Shown here: piece after piece, positions 58,701 through 63,992 of the stretch | Numbering within the stretch: the first letter of the stretch is position 1 | Layout of the letters: each line of letters opens with the position of its first letter | DNA from: a virus | Virus record (IMG/VR): IMGVR_UViG_3300020193_000009 | Span: 16,669 to 80,668 of that record | Direction: 5' to 3' (one strand) | Length of the DNA: 64,000 nucleotides | Notes under the pieces: model-generated | Seen by the model: only the letters and a program-made list of their open reading frames with translations | The model's database searches: none | What the model was told of the DNA's origin: nothing | Position numbers and translations under genes: made by a program

Positions 58701-60072
58701 GAATAGCAACTTCCATTCTTGGTCCCTGGCGAACACCAAACAATCTTGCAAACAATTCTAGCGTGCCTTGCTCACCTTTAAGTCTTAATAATGAATTAAA
58801 TCCATCAACAAGTTGTTGAATATTTTCGACACCCACACCAGACGCATACGCAAAATCTTTACCAAGAGCTCGATTCAGCTCACCAATAATTTCGGTATTT
58901 TGTTTTGTCATCGCAACCATTCTTTGAAGCGACACTTTAATTGAGTTTGCAGAAGCCCCCACTTGGAATCCAGCTGCAACCATCGGTGCAAGAACTGCCA
59001 TTGTTTCTGTCATAGACAAACCGAAAGTAGTAGCTGCAGCTGAAACTTCTGGGAAAGCGTCGGCAATATCTTTAAGAGCTAGTGTTGTTTTATTTTCAAT
59101 TAAGTTAAATTCAGCCATTTGACTTGTTAATTCCGCAACTGTCTGATTCATAAATTCAATATTTGTTAAATCAACATTAACACCTTGCTCTCTTTTAATT
59201 CTTAAAATATTTTGCAATACAGATTCAACAAATTTTTGAGATTGAGCAATATCAACATTACCCAATTTTTCTACTGCCGCAGTCAATTCAACAAGACCAG
59301 CAATACCAGCTTGTGTTGAAACACCCAATTCTGCAAAGTCTCCGGCTATCCCTTGCAATAAAACACGGCTTGTTCCATACCTTTGCGTAATCTTGTCAAG
59401 CATGAGACCAAGACCTTCTGTAAATTGTTCAGCACCAATTTTTGCTTTCTTAAATGCATCTTCTGATGAGCTACCAATCTTATAAAAGTTATCAAGCATA
59501 AGTTTAGTTACTCTTGCAGATTGCGATTCTAAATCTGCCATGCTAAAGAAAGCAGCTCTTAAACCTCTTACCAATGGCAAAGTTGCTATTGAAAAGCTGT
59601 AAAAAGCTCTATTGGCTGCTGTCAATGAAGTTCTTGCTTTATATGCCCATTGATCAAGCGCATTTCGTTTAAGAGCAGATGCCAGAGTATCTGAGGATTT
59701 AGATACTGCTAATAAATGAGTAGCTTGGGCTTGTAAATTTTTAGAAACGGCGGGGTTCGCAATGCTAGCTTGTGCTATAACTTTATTTAAAGCACCATAT
59801 TGAACCGCAGCTGTTTGCGCAGCCGCACCAGCTGCGGTTGTAGCTTGTGCCAAAGCCATGTTTTTTGAAGCTAAAATTCCATAATTACGAGCACTTTGTC
59901 TTGTTAAATTATCTAGTACAGATTGAACACTTGAGGCTTTCTGCGCAGCTGCTGAATAAGATGCAATTTGTGTCGTTAATTGGCTTAAACTACGACTTAA
60001 TATAGCTGATGCACTTGCCGCATCTCCTATATCAACAGTGGTTTTTATATGAAGATTGCCAATATCAGACAT
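40756..60072 (-). CDS. giant tape measure protein (6438 aa) with C-terminal effector cassettes
   Basis: Follows the tail tube and chaperone genes; N-terminal TP901-type core (FAELG...ENKT...AATTFGLS...ANSIKVSLQR); long helical/amphipathic stretches. Confidence 0.9.
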   Translation of the reverse strand: MSDIGNLHIKTTVDIGDAASASAILSRSLSQLTTQIASYSAAAQKASSVQSVLDNLTRQSARNYGILASKNMALAQATTAAGAAAQTAAVQYGALNKVIAQASIANPAVSKNLQAQATHLLAVSKSSDTLASALKRNALDQWAYKARTSLTAANRAFYSFSIATLPLVRGLRAAFFSMADLESQSARVTKLMLDNFYKIGSSSEDAFKKAKIGAEQFTEGLGLMLDKITQRYGTSRVLLQGIAGDFAELGVSTQAGIAGLVELTAAVEKLGNVDIAQSQKFVESVLQNILRIKREQGVNVDLTNIEFMNQTVAELTSQMAEFNLIENKTTLALKDIADAFPEVSAAATTFGLSMTETMAVLAPMVAAGFQVGASANSIKVSLQRMVAMTKQNTEIIGELNRALGKDFAYASGVGVENIQQLVDGFNSLLRLKGEQGTLELFARLFGVRQGPRMEVAIRQLAQFQEALSQTNSVEKDIAFTLEQSVNRRLSAINEEQIAVRNLVDISNLNTQANENMNGVLTQRAHIYRAAQKEAFDVLAQRYQGDFLSKVQTEAGKIFLSTGFRVEDVAGKQMDQELQIQLNTTIVQFRILKEAMLSIGRIFVTAFKPIIEFLNPIIAKVRDFLANMDQGVKTFLSFLTISALLIPGFRVLGTAVKYFGIAATATFSKMTGALSGTASKLITVQDLFLSNGKALKGYREAIQFTENSILLKGRNRFGQAGISGLSVPLQEKLAQAGLTPGQQPNVGVIKKLFKGEFNLPSSEAMARSIYMNIGSAVESSTAKAVGEIGEAAADATGDMAEAVRTALTDTVFMKNTFIGNSFQGGKPGSINAPGGPGGGPSAPSADTPPATPPAAASGGAPPPPKAPGGGRGILGRIKDFFGRGTVLTSSPDLSDAAGVTQLRTYLASLSSLPQNLANDIAASVPDITQLRTNLATGLRNLSEKLSAAVVPLTGAGAKSVIDVIDKTTIHARELVQLYTELGLELPEDLSYLRTLDKEFKVEGQSPKPGKVMTQRKNILTKIKNRILLAEQTIAEEMASLAEQAEVVADGSKARARSFNPNSEFGWVPRREGARLAEATRANAIKSLQSQGLNVTYPFADIIDAGGEKGIKIIPGSQFPTDPSKNIHPKTGKPRFVIKTRKPMPGGAAENLASLVKEAADKQIAFFGELVAEHVANSSDEVLARTIIPHKSEEIPIRQVRDKLRTYLTDVSNNIKIGFLDNVKNFMDRTGEMVQKGIEQARILEGKRALGRFRAMMPTPRNLLGRFDQNTYINEIAQPDTVYRQSLLERLRNALNPTKSNIKELIVDPAITRKLFTLRDAIESTVAEIADAETLIPDPRSVKGLQQAAVATTSKQFGPAGMRIGTGISGEGTSIQEQLRIKALAMAKALGKSFDGIEEQAGKYVTFRFNTTEEGLTKAGREAASLPALGKVAKPGSAAERVLRDLQAKRARKLIQEFKAGRIVGDFFEKIYGDIIDPTIEEIKPQKIIKDTIPLVRKAGPGIAGDMKIYALKQRLAKLHSEFLQLFTLDPDSSLYKIAALRAFETDKMLGAGKFAKAKVYSFVDFIESLPLKIKNQISLTDFPKTMPFSDSILPVSTIGRALGDAAEEIVDKTDDLVKYGPGLKKGASIVDKQPLLKVLKQSIDNITAAGKDAIKGVLPSQIKSILSSKTEEEAIGKILRNRSVGIRQALEAAFNKLKEEMPVAIGAVDKKTGELLELTQGRIRTALEVEEGAVKRAAAAKVLSNLKKGDAASKLNVLQRLLIEEQMQNILNSTDVAVQQSLQDEINRIKAMPLGERGKLIKNQTGRTVAERIQAQALRNLVEKSGGADFTRFMPYGDYDDMAENALLSNKKVVDVVRSNLKNMGDEGAELTRALDSMIAESQPAVVQARRDAAERYKQAVRSQRKLIEAVKRGGGFLEGAAVPFQAQVKQVQQNLTRAAAEFAALTGQLPPSFDEELKRMRGIKLRYFIERIKRNLATTTTSTVQYLSEFRAIFGGDPILTTPARPFKNLTSGYGNVVRQMFENISTPIDTEFFSPKRQRLALLVKTTTERMVQDMVSNLQKLIPTAMPFSLANMRKRTAGLTSGYGNVVREMFLPRIGGGSIEAGIQSIIHRTSTVGEAVTAYLDDLFKTIPAGADKTLRQIFEKSTKKVLETMPVGGSAAEKIASGAVDFRDVKLTAENRPVILRAFTSMFEDLQKSLDDLFIKSIEINKSTYGQLIKNIPGKAGVTLNKLKSMAQKIYSSPDKLKIIDQSKGIKNLMKTINGAIADAITAGATAVQAARDGVEAAIKDPEGFIIDKRKEATKKARKSEDQSRGTRQENAEANRVKREQDRVAKASEKAQNDAQAAEQRLANQKAISDTDENTNELNQENDKREKKIAEEKNKNARKTGEAGKNVTPVQQPAQPEPTAQPAPTTKPTPAVAPPAVKPDAPVVPGPQVDQVVKGNIDKVQKQVLKAVQVATATPAEIIQQVGEDAKVKIGKTTKKINEKFINSLRSGAFSLQQVIESAGQSISGQGRTIKQLFPQLADAGVTIENINEEIENQENRVRVAEHNKNANMKSMAKQRIKLLQRALRRHAEAMNSLQRAVDKAVKDANSAISKEARDAEREAKSAQREAARNTGGQQAGGRGRGKGKAAVGGAPVVGGDLTPSGQPSPGATDGLNQIQQNTQQTATNTAKTNENIIKLNKSLANVFKGPNLFQGPNIFEAPITQGGNFEVIDGGVSKQEIDAARKNVGEMTPRQRAAALKEERARIARELQAAKEKYLKEHGVPMPANVRKETLKGIRTAAPIETKVLQETVKNMSRLQLAIESLKIRSVDTFKAMKQGLLAVNQKLIQSIPIFGRMQSLLGSVAAPFAPIGRGIANVAKQFGLMQLAMLKVVATESKMFVASLARSRTIRGVLFFLTAGFSTLSKSAMIALVKLVTFSKSGGIMAGLGAAVTTLLQSITKTIFSFTALVVKVVAFGVVTIPIIIAVVAAVKALRGGITNMEPVLNNFKLAWKTIREALVAIFDPIKDFILYIAGIDQMETSTAKTAGVLYALSLVARSAADAFKRFAEGPLKSFIGRMREITDNKNTGTFIPLLTRAVNKFILIYRVFSGIIDKDSQKVKDSLNGLFYSLSYDALGLLELLVKGAANAVPLFETFYTNMAAVVIDVFKNIVIGVLYLMDILIQEMKKKISSQFGWIAKTAGAINYVLDARYLDFIFGAPPQQEKSILQDIASIADKAGNTLSDFMTEQDFTKNLANKIKDAGLAFADGIGSLRTTVANQYLKIFGQDVSVPLAKRMRNLAELPILELLKKATVKAKAGGEKLGGDLKKAIEKGMMQMKEEFGMAVFANADESVSRFIDNMKDSLERQKDKALEAFDKQVEAIQELADAEERLTAKMEYEERRRELIKTRALDRDNYLRERKVAAYEGRTEDVRELDLAFRKSDKDSEKELKDLDTDRRKQLQAQQREIAIAVINRQKEELVKQYDLMFKEFELRLDRIKARGFSTKDEFALLLRDLGAAGIEFSDDIAKTFEKSMLALPNAIREVIDPSIGMFSMTMDKLVAEATNKFGASIGTANASSILGAAYVLVQGLPDAFSKAFTQGIIAQYVTPWATAVRTEVAKIVPEHEWILAGVKAAVEMLDAMKREIRAKSGDVYDEFMKIFKNLETDLESFPGLADFFPPIPPDFDPFEELKKRLQELQGMLEEAKAKIVALDEAANASQDSSSGTKKPPVPVVTKSLVGKDIYGGKTFLPQNLPPPFYYDPADKKIKYKVTQELINLGYHGKQDLNRPISLTREQTVATFPELKDFPQFDPDYKPYKDLIMQLRTTTFIPNIVAKEHAEALKIQAATTGAEIANSLKEGFKDRLTTRDPQFGGGEHTSFGLILAEWFEDTIKSLIQPIIDKGRSIGESLKSGIMNGLGDPSGWSAFLGWWGRVVDTVKGIFGIQSPSTVFFSIGRNIMQGFINGIASLSAIPVNIIATAFGGVKTKIEEIASAVTTKWSTDISPVLTRWKNALIGEDALLTAVDNIKTKWHELSAGFQSGYDTYIKPTMRHIKDWLSDNTGLNYLVGKLKEHFGNIPDKFKDGWDTFVENWNDNVVGKLVGQLGNVAKSALGFVATRLSKFSRYYGGHVGAFTGSGPTPGFPQQGVPALLHGGEYVLNHKVVEKIGRGPLDELNNLRHGGYFKGGKVPGGKGGGIFGGIGDAISKSVGAVKKVGKGAYNALTSYGESLNATFINPYINLAGKAIGKNPNLRTSGLIESATNTADVAATILTGGVSKAAVTAGQVGLKATLSAMAKGSTKTSSELAVEKMVQAAAKESAKKATVGGLVKSFFFGPTPPPGVTRETMAGGNLKSLLASAGSSLVAPFRSTSSALTAKSADDVSKLVTNLQGEVIENIKQPGIIRRVIDDTKRLIRGGLTKTGVPFEGQRATNTAQSVYRPIISNLLGFAEKIKIAPKLTREAFDAGIMTESSNVGQKGPGFINKIGRSLGMLARARNELQFKGVEKAYSALSVGKNSQMGMYIERFAKKVGIDPYIKFGATEKLNPVLSELLEKDELYRSLFTGGNSVIARMQKNITKAPGVFTKVVDLMHNLNPLTKIPSRRIGIHVGRPGVDDFTKHGMMDAKPAGPGDHLLGTVYTWMKGLSNVKLVNKLRGMPIEEAAKVYRGLADKNLADRAIGFLEGQFEGKNASIYILQAKRGAKILRDTNLFASEARRFTGANVLRELNVSPELLKKIVNNPEEKAKAVAALVRHLQEARSGVQTGLFGGKFGKLKGLLGIGGISSLGGAIFGNDEDKTLLGRVFDIIQHDSKTSPLYLATEGVKKLFNIDQYKSQAGAPPRTLKDLFTGTVRYRDYIESNDPRYYNDPHVVKQAKEYYKKKGIKFALSKQQLIDFAVLFQDEIPDWQPSKYQVRGVENPLPFAYRTGARYNPGDKGRGSYLQYGKEIYRIFGETYGMDPAFDINSYPSFVGGDQKIGESALAAALRKSNNTITFVQDITHGVIGQLRYDQYKNAMKEIATLAGANYKIVTVKDATKFDDNAYITKNGLSYIIKITHDPKMLTFKGGYYTVGNDIKENEKYGRYLSTTPIYITPSKIFAPTDLIPQPIKEVVNYLMKGYINITSGEGMFSGLARTEKYKKSLASEGFAVLPSGIQGILGLNDQGHVLKHELMHAIFGAPDITTDDAMLNKSANSIMSYLNYTGELTKQDIDFIRYQLQGQILPKEIDDEDPIPPNLQRILDSLKYGKYKGGYIPKYKKGGFVPGAPSMPIPATLHGGEYVLNAESVRKIGLGSLERLNNLRHGGYFKGGKVPGGKGGGIFGGIGDAISNVVGGVKGAASNIGKSVATGLVNASVAFANLGMLFSAAEGDFDDASGSYRSSSASRAVTASRNPYVAATGASNLTRGLGISPVQENIASKGKMKDLLNVSQFIPVVGVARSAMQLASGKELSTFEKGLHTLNILGTAASGTPVTAVSRFDDVARAAKAVSAAKAGRLTVGQSAKIRAGVIAEKVGSVVDKIEVAKNYIPEVVNTLKGSVNPPQGNALEAGVKGVINNLIRADNIAIRNARLAANKAAFIANESMPPALRQESMPYRTRDAILQPGPITKAIEAIRSLNPLNLLPSRRIGIHVGPEGIKDNIISESLSGRSFGPGDNLGDYTYSWVRGKVEEIVNSARYYADDRGFAGDVFQGEGRAAKIARKLGYDLSPIDETSLPILRPKGSFYITKGGRLLEDINIPGSTSMRTRTQKILAEIPLDIDDMELVNILKQVRRRGGFFTKDLLKRALLRVNRSIKINNDAKGIVSSLQKESSKLTDVKNLIPRQLALPSGTRTTGKNLPALVQKQFNIQTKKVTGRSILPESLLEFSHLEGSPEVTESVGAYIHNILGETVGFGLSDDLLKALPDLRKVRNIPLNPLDITGTSKIGPNAVSTVRGWLEAHVGYKSFGGDVNDTYVSALLYAAKVKNNLQAQLEYARLVLEGKRLTAIEVAARNKPVVIEEQIMKSIQLDRGMRELTLDKLMAVHETSYPFEINEIGDAILRPTSDHYRVMNSDNNEIIRDTIHFALNHLVRPIMNRGSASRETGRLIAIKLKDLIDANPGAIENIMGVDTYFTPRPGEGLRFPAGKYEILDYKNLPIQNYTNEQRYALNEIFARLQGLDMRDFIPGQSFDEALENSWRTILERQKFDPDIGGHGLSSVVQTQTLWKIIGEFAQFQEYYIRMARHFDDFLLGSYSSLKNITKGQPYGMTDDLYGFENLLYYFGEGKASFNAFARIVGRDPFMQIGTVPVENLAINTRIERILIRRAKDYYDRFYRTKNQLGPIPLPSVNRKEGGYVPGAPSMPIPATLHGGEFVLNAEAVRKIGIPALTQLNKAKFSVPQIPSMRVPAPAMQSAGGTSSSTQNVNIYVDTFVGEPEWFNSMMKEYNTKVLPRNQKTAGLENRVIKTYTGLNRGV
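41064..41116. repeat. TMP junction repeat A, copy 2
   Basis: 53 bp identical to 44277-44329 (encodes VPGAPSMPIPATLHGGE). Confidence 0.95.
44126..44211. repeat. TMP junction repeat B, copy 2
   Basis: 85 of 86 bp identical to 47486-47571 (encodes RHGGYFKGGKVPGGKGGGIFGGIGDAIS). Confidence 0.95.
44277..44329. repeat. TMP junction repeat A, copy 1
   Basis: 53 bp identical to 41064-41116; offset 3213 bp. Confidence 0.95.
47486..47571. repeat. TMP junction repeat B, copy 1
   Basis: 85 of 86 bp identical to 44126-44211; offset 3360 bp. Confidence 0.95.
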
Positions 60073-60112
60073 AATTTAGCCACATTAATTATTACACATT
60101 AGGTAAATAAAA

Positions 60113-60442
60113 TCAACTATTTTTAGGAGTTTGTTCATATCCAAGACCAATTCCCATCTGAGCAATATCAAGTCCTTGGATAATTCTCTTTGGCTGAGGG
60201 TCGTACCAGTCTTCATCGAAGTCAACATCTGCGCCTTGTGCTGCAGCAGCTATCTTCATTGCCGTACTTGTTTCATTAACAGCCGCACGATAAAGAAGGA
60301 ACAGCTCGTTGAGAGTTAGGCATGACTCTAACTCTCCGATGCTGTTCCAAGCCCCGGTTTTTATAAATATTTCAGATTCATATTTGAGAAGAGGAATATT
60401 CTCCCAACTTGTGTCGGAAGTAACCTCGCTCCCCTCGCCTAG
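60113..60442 (-). CDS. tail assembly chaperone, frameshifted C-terminal extension (gpT-like)
   Basis: Open -1 frame with no early start codon: LGEGSEVTSDTSWENIPLLKYESEIF...AAAQGADVDF...MGIGLGYEQTPKNS*. Confidence 0.75.
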   Translation of the reverse strand, partial: LGEGSEVTSDTSWENIPLLKYESEIFIKTGAWNSIGELESCLTLNELFLLYRAAVNETSTAMKIAAAAQGADVDFDEDWYDPQPKRIIQGLDIAQMGIGLGYEQTPKNS

Positions 60443-60741
60443 AAGGAAGGGTCGGACCCCATTGCGGCTGACATAAGAGCACCGAAGGAGCGTAAGTCTA
60501 ACACGTCCTCAAGCTTCTCTTTATCCGCAGCCAGGTCAGGATCAACGACAGCCAGGGCAACCGCAGCAGCCTGAACCATCACATCAATGTCTGCATCCTC
60601 AAGAGCCTCATTGGTCTTAAGATCTTTAACAATCTTCATAAACTTTCGAAGATTACGAATTGTTAATGGCTTAATCGCCCTCTTCTTTCCATCTGCGAAA
60701 AGAATTTCGGTTCCTGCCAGGATATCCTTATTATCACTCAT
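60439..60741 (-). CDS. tail assembly chaperone (gpG-like)
   Basis: 100-aa ORF between the major tail protein and the TMP; IKPLTIR motif. Confidence 0.8.
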   Translation of the reverse strand: MSDNKDILAGTEILFADGKKRAIKPLTIRNLRKFMKIVKDLKTNEALEDADIDVMVQAAAVALAVVDPDLAADKEKLEDVLDLRSFGALMSAAMGSDPSF

Positions 60742-60853
60742 TTTTAAAGCACCTCGCTTTGTTGTTAAAATAAAGAAGCTCTCGCTCCCTTACCTATCAA
60801 GTTTATCACAAGATAGTAGGTTGCAAGAGCAACTTTACGATTTTTCAATCAAA

Positions 60854-61438
60854 TTATTGCTGATCGATAATCTTGCCGTATTCGTAGTTTGTATCCGCCA
60901 CTGTGGGAAGGATACGGAAGCCAACGGTGAACATCGTTGCCTCTGCACGCTTCATGCTGATCATCGATGATTCCATCGAGATTGCACGCTTTGTGTAGAA
61001 TTTACGAGTCTTAACCGCAGCTGCCGACGAACCCGGGGCTGAGCCAGTAATAACCAAGCCCTTTTCACGTGGATAGACGTTCTGCGTACCGAACAAGAAT
61101 GTGTTCGTGCTTGAAGGCGAACCTGCGAAGTTTGCCTTCACATCATCACCACCTGTTTCGTCATCATAATTCCATGCAACTGCAAGGTTATTAAGTGTTG
61201 ACTCAGCAAGGGTTGTCTTAACCATTACCTTAACTTTCGATTGAATGAGCTTTGCTGCATCACCGAATTGATCAATTTCAATATCCACAATATCCGGCTC
61301 CCAAGAAATCTCGACACCATTTTGTGTAGCGCCGATATCTGCGAAGTTGTCCATTGCGGCAATTGACGTTGCGTTAGCATTTGTGCCAAGTTTAAGTGTT
61401 GCCTCACCAACGACAATATTTGCGACATTAACTGCCAT
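60854..61438 (-). CDS. major tail (tube) protein
   Basis: NIVVGEA, DIGATQNGVEI, EIDQ, KTTLAESTLNNL motifs; GGAGG RBS; canonical position. Confidence 0.85.
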   Translation of the reverse strand: MAVNVANIVVGEATLKLGTNANATSIAAMDNFADIGATQNGVEISWEPDIVDIEIDQFGDAAKLIQSKVKVMVKTTLAESTLNNLAVAWNYDDETGGDDVKANFAGSPSSTNTFLFGTQNVYPREKGLVITGSAPGSSAAAVKTRKFYTKRAISMESSMISMKRAEATMFTVGFRILPTVADTNYEYGKIIDQQ

Positions 61439-61649
61439 TTGTATTACCTCCTAATTTATCCAGTCGAAATATCCTTCGACCGTTCTTATCACGCCAATTA
61501 GCGATCTTAGAAATATGTGATGGATTTACCTCCCCAAGTCTTTTTCCAATTCCAAGGGATTTATTCCATTCAAATTCATATATAGAACTTCCAACTTTTA
61601 CTATATAGCCAGGAGTCTTCCCGACATAAGTAATTGTAACAAATTCCAT
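61428..61649 (-). CDS. small hypothetical protein in the tail operon
   Basis: 73-aa ORF overlapping the tail tube start. Confidence 0.6.
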   Translation of the reverse strand: MEFVTITYVGKTPGYIVKVGSSIYEFEWNKSLGIGKRLGEVNPSHISKIANWRDKNGRRIFRLDKLGGNTNGS

Positions 61650-61658
61650 ACAGGATAT

Positions 61659-61667
61659 ATTGTACCA
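61659..61667 (-). promoter_or_regulatory. extended -10 promoter TGGTACAAT
   Basis: 9 nt before ATG 61649; same 9-mer as at 63738-63746. Confidence 0.5.
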
Positions 61668-61676
61668 TATCTTTTT

Positions 61677-62093
61677 TTATACATTAGATATTCTAAAATC
61701 TAAATTCATTCTATACCAGCCTTCTTTCTCTAAGGGCACGGCAAGGCTAGAATCAACCTGTGCCGATGTTAATATCCTACGGTTTGCACCTGTTGCCGCC
61801 ACTCCGGTAGACTTGGCAACCTGATCTGCTCTTCCTAATTCTCTAATAAACAATTCTGATATACTAAACAGCCTTGCCACATCTGTATCAAATATTGAAT
61901 ATCTAACAACATCCTTTCTCATCCAATATTTATCTGAATCCGGTATGAGGGGGTTGTAATAATAAACAACATACGGGGCTGCGGCATTTGACGGAGCTAC
62001 AACTGGATAGAAACTCATTTGCTTACCAGCAGCAGAAACGATATCTGAATTTGTTTTTAAATGATTGTTAATATCGTAAATGGGCAAACTCAT
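61677..62093 (-). CDS. tail terminator / tail completion protein
   Basis: YPVVAP....PYVVY motif; position before the tail tube. Confidence 0.65.
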   Translation of the reverse strand: MSLPIYDINNHLKTNSDIVSAAGKQMSFYPVVAPSNAAAPYVVYYYNPLIPDSDKYWMRKDVVRYSIFDTDVARLFSISELFIRELGRADQVAKSTGVAATGANRRILTSAQVDSSLAVPLEKEGWYRMNLDFRISNV

Positions 62094-62413
62094 ATTTTGA
62101 CCCCTAATTGATTTTTAATTCTATTTGTTAAAACTTGTTTTATTTTTAAACCAATATCGGAATATAAACCACCGGTTGTATTTTGATAATAATAATAATC
62201 TTCATCTAAATTTTTAATGTCCATAGTGACACCATCAGCGGATGGAGAAATCTCAATTTCAGTTTTTTCAAAATAAGAAGTATCAAATAAACTTTTTACT
62301 TCAGCCTGAGAAGAACTGACTGCTTCTGCGACAGCGGATTGAATATTGATATTTATCATATCAAGCTTATCAACAATTTTTGATAGATTATTTGTAACTT
62401 GAACTTTAAACAT
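62090..62413 (-). CDS. putative neck/tail completion protein
   Basis: Position between stopper and terminator; synteny only. Confidence 0.5.
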   Translation of the reverse strand: MFKVQVTNNLSKIVDKLDMININIQSAVAEAVSSSQAEVKSLFDTSYFEKTEIEISPSADGVTMDIKNLDEDYYYYQNTTGGLYSDIGLKIKQVLTNRIKNQLGVKI

Positions 62414-62802
62414 TATACCTCCACCACTCTTCTTAGAGAAATAATGATGTGATGTTTCCTGCCGGACGGAGTGAATTTTGGCTGTATTCCAACAATTTCA
62501 TATGTGTCAGTTTCAATTTGATTACCTTTTGAATCAGTAATATTTGTTATTCTATTATCAAAACTAATATACTCTTGATACATTGAAGGAACTATCCCTT
62601 CATATTTTGAAAGATTGTCAACATATGGCGACAATCTTCTGTCACTGGATGATGCTGATTGTGTAGTGGGAGCTTGCAATTGAAAAACTATTGTAGCCGT
62701 TTTAGAAAAAGCGGCGTACTCTTGCCCAGCAGCATTTGTAGTTGTTGTTTTTGCATAGACATCACATTTATGTGAAAAACGAAAAAACGTTTTGTTAGAC
62801 AT
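62413..62802 (-). CDS. head-closure (stopper) protein
   Basis: T.N.AGQE...RITNI...YEI..IQP pattern; position. Confidence 0.6.
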   Translation of the reverse strand: MSNKTFFRFSHKCDVYAKTTTTNAAGQEYAAFSKTATIVFQLQAPTTQSASSSDRRLSPYVDNLSKYEGIVPSMYQEYISFDNRITNITDSKGNQIETDTYEIVGIQPKFTPSGRKHHIIISLRRVVEV

Positions 62803-63729
62803 TTAGACCACATAATCCATTACAAATAATGTATAATCCATCAATAAAACATCAGCATCAATGTTGCCGGTAGATTCATAGAAGTCATCTTTAATGTCGT
62901 ATTTAAGAATATCCATATCTATAGATTTTATACCGTGCCTTCTAAAATCAGAATCATTATTCATCATATCTTCCAATAATAAACTTGCTGCTTGAATAAT
63001 ATTATCTGGCACGTAATCCCAACCAAAACCTCCTTCAATTTTAAAATCATCATCTTTACCAAATTTAGACTCATAAATACGATTTTGTGTTTTATCAATA
63101 TAAGACTTTCTAAATTGTAAATAATAAGAACTTTGGAAGTTGTGAGGTTCTCTTGTCTTTTCAATATTGTTTAGTGTTGCAACTGTTGAGTCATGCAAAA
63201 CTTGTTCATCCGCATCACCGATATTTACAGTAACTTTTGTGAGCGTGGTTATTGGTAGGGGGAGATGAAGTGTCTTTTTACCTGTTCCTTGAAGAATCAT
63301 AAATTTGGCTGGATAGTAATCAAATGATTGACCACAAAATGTATTAATAATATTGCGCACTCGTTTTTCCATTTTATCAAATTTTTCGTAATAGTCATTT
63401 TCTAAATCTGGATGATCTGTAAAGAATGTATCTATATCTGCATACGGCGTATACACATTAATATGTTGTGACTGGGTATATGATGTACCCGACATCGTAT
63501 AAGTAAAATCAGCTTTATGCTTTCCAGCGCTATTTAAAATGTAAATACCAGATGCTTGTTGCCCATATGTAATCGTATAAACACCGGCACTTGTCCTTGT
63601 TGCATTAGTCGGACCGGAAACAAGAGATCCCAATTCGTGATATAGGCTAACCGAAACAACGTTTCCAGTCGGGTCGCTAGGAAGTGTCAATGTAAGTGTT
63701 TTACTTGTATTAATTTTGACATCATCCAT
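62803..63729 (-). CDS. head-tail adaptor protein
   Basis: INTFCGQSF, G.FGWDYVPDNIIQAA, TGN..AD.LL.DY; probable start ATG 63729. Confidence 0.7.
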   Translation of the reverse strand: MDDVKINTSKTLTLTLPSDPTGNVVSVSLYHELGSLVSGPTNATRTSAGVYTITYGQQASGIYILNSAGKHKADFTYTMSGTSYTQSQHINVYTPYADIDTFFTDHPDLENDYYEKFDKMEKRVRNIINTFCGQSFDYYPAKFMILQGTGKKTLHLPLPITTLTKVTVNIGDADEQVLHDSTVATLNNIEKTREPHNFQSSYYLQFRKSYIDKTQNRIYESKFGKDDDFKIEGGFGWDYVPDNIIQAASLLLEDMMNNDSDFRRHGIKSIDMDILKYDIKDDFYESTGNIDADVLLMDYTLFVMDYVV

Positions 63730-63737
63730 AATACTCA

Positions 63738-63746
63738 ATTGTACCA
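63738..63746 (-). promoter_or_regulatory. extended -10 promoter TGGTACAAT
   Basis: 8 nt before ATG 63729; no SD. Confidence 0.5.
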
Positions 63747-63764
63747 GAAATTAGGTTTTACGCC

Positions 63765-63992
63765 TTAAAACGCTTGCATTGCAACTTCAACTTGAAGAGC
63801 AGAAACATTATTATCTATTTGTTGAATGTTGAAGACTCCACTTATGTCAAAAGCTACTACTGCATTACTTGCATTCTTATAAAATATTAAACCGTCTGCG
63901 TAGTTAATTGCAAGCTCTCCATACTCTAGGGCGCTAGCAGAAGGAGCAACGCTTGCCGTGCCTGATCTTTTAATCTTTATAATGTTAGCCAT
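63765..63992 (-). CDS. small virion protein with fiber N-terminal-like domain
   Basis: IKIKRS...P....L.YGELAINY.DG..FYK motif seen at phage fiber N-termini. Confidence 0.6.
   Translation of the reverse strand: MANIIKIKRSGTASVAPSASALEYGELAINYADGLIFYKNASNAVVAFDISGVFNIQQIDNNVSALQVEVAMQAF

Noticed and set aside
1558-60970. Plus-strand ORFs in the track (e.g. 54767..55552, 52663..53298, 60587..60970, 60131..60319)
   Set aside because: They are antisense shadows of well-supported minus-strand genes, with no recognisable motifs.
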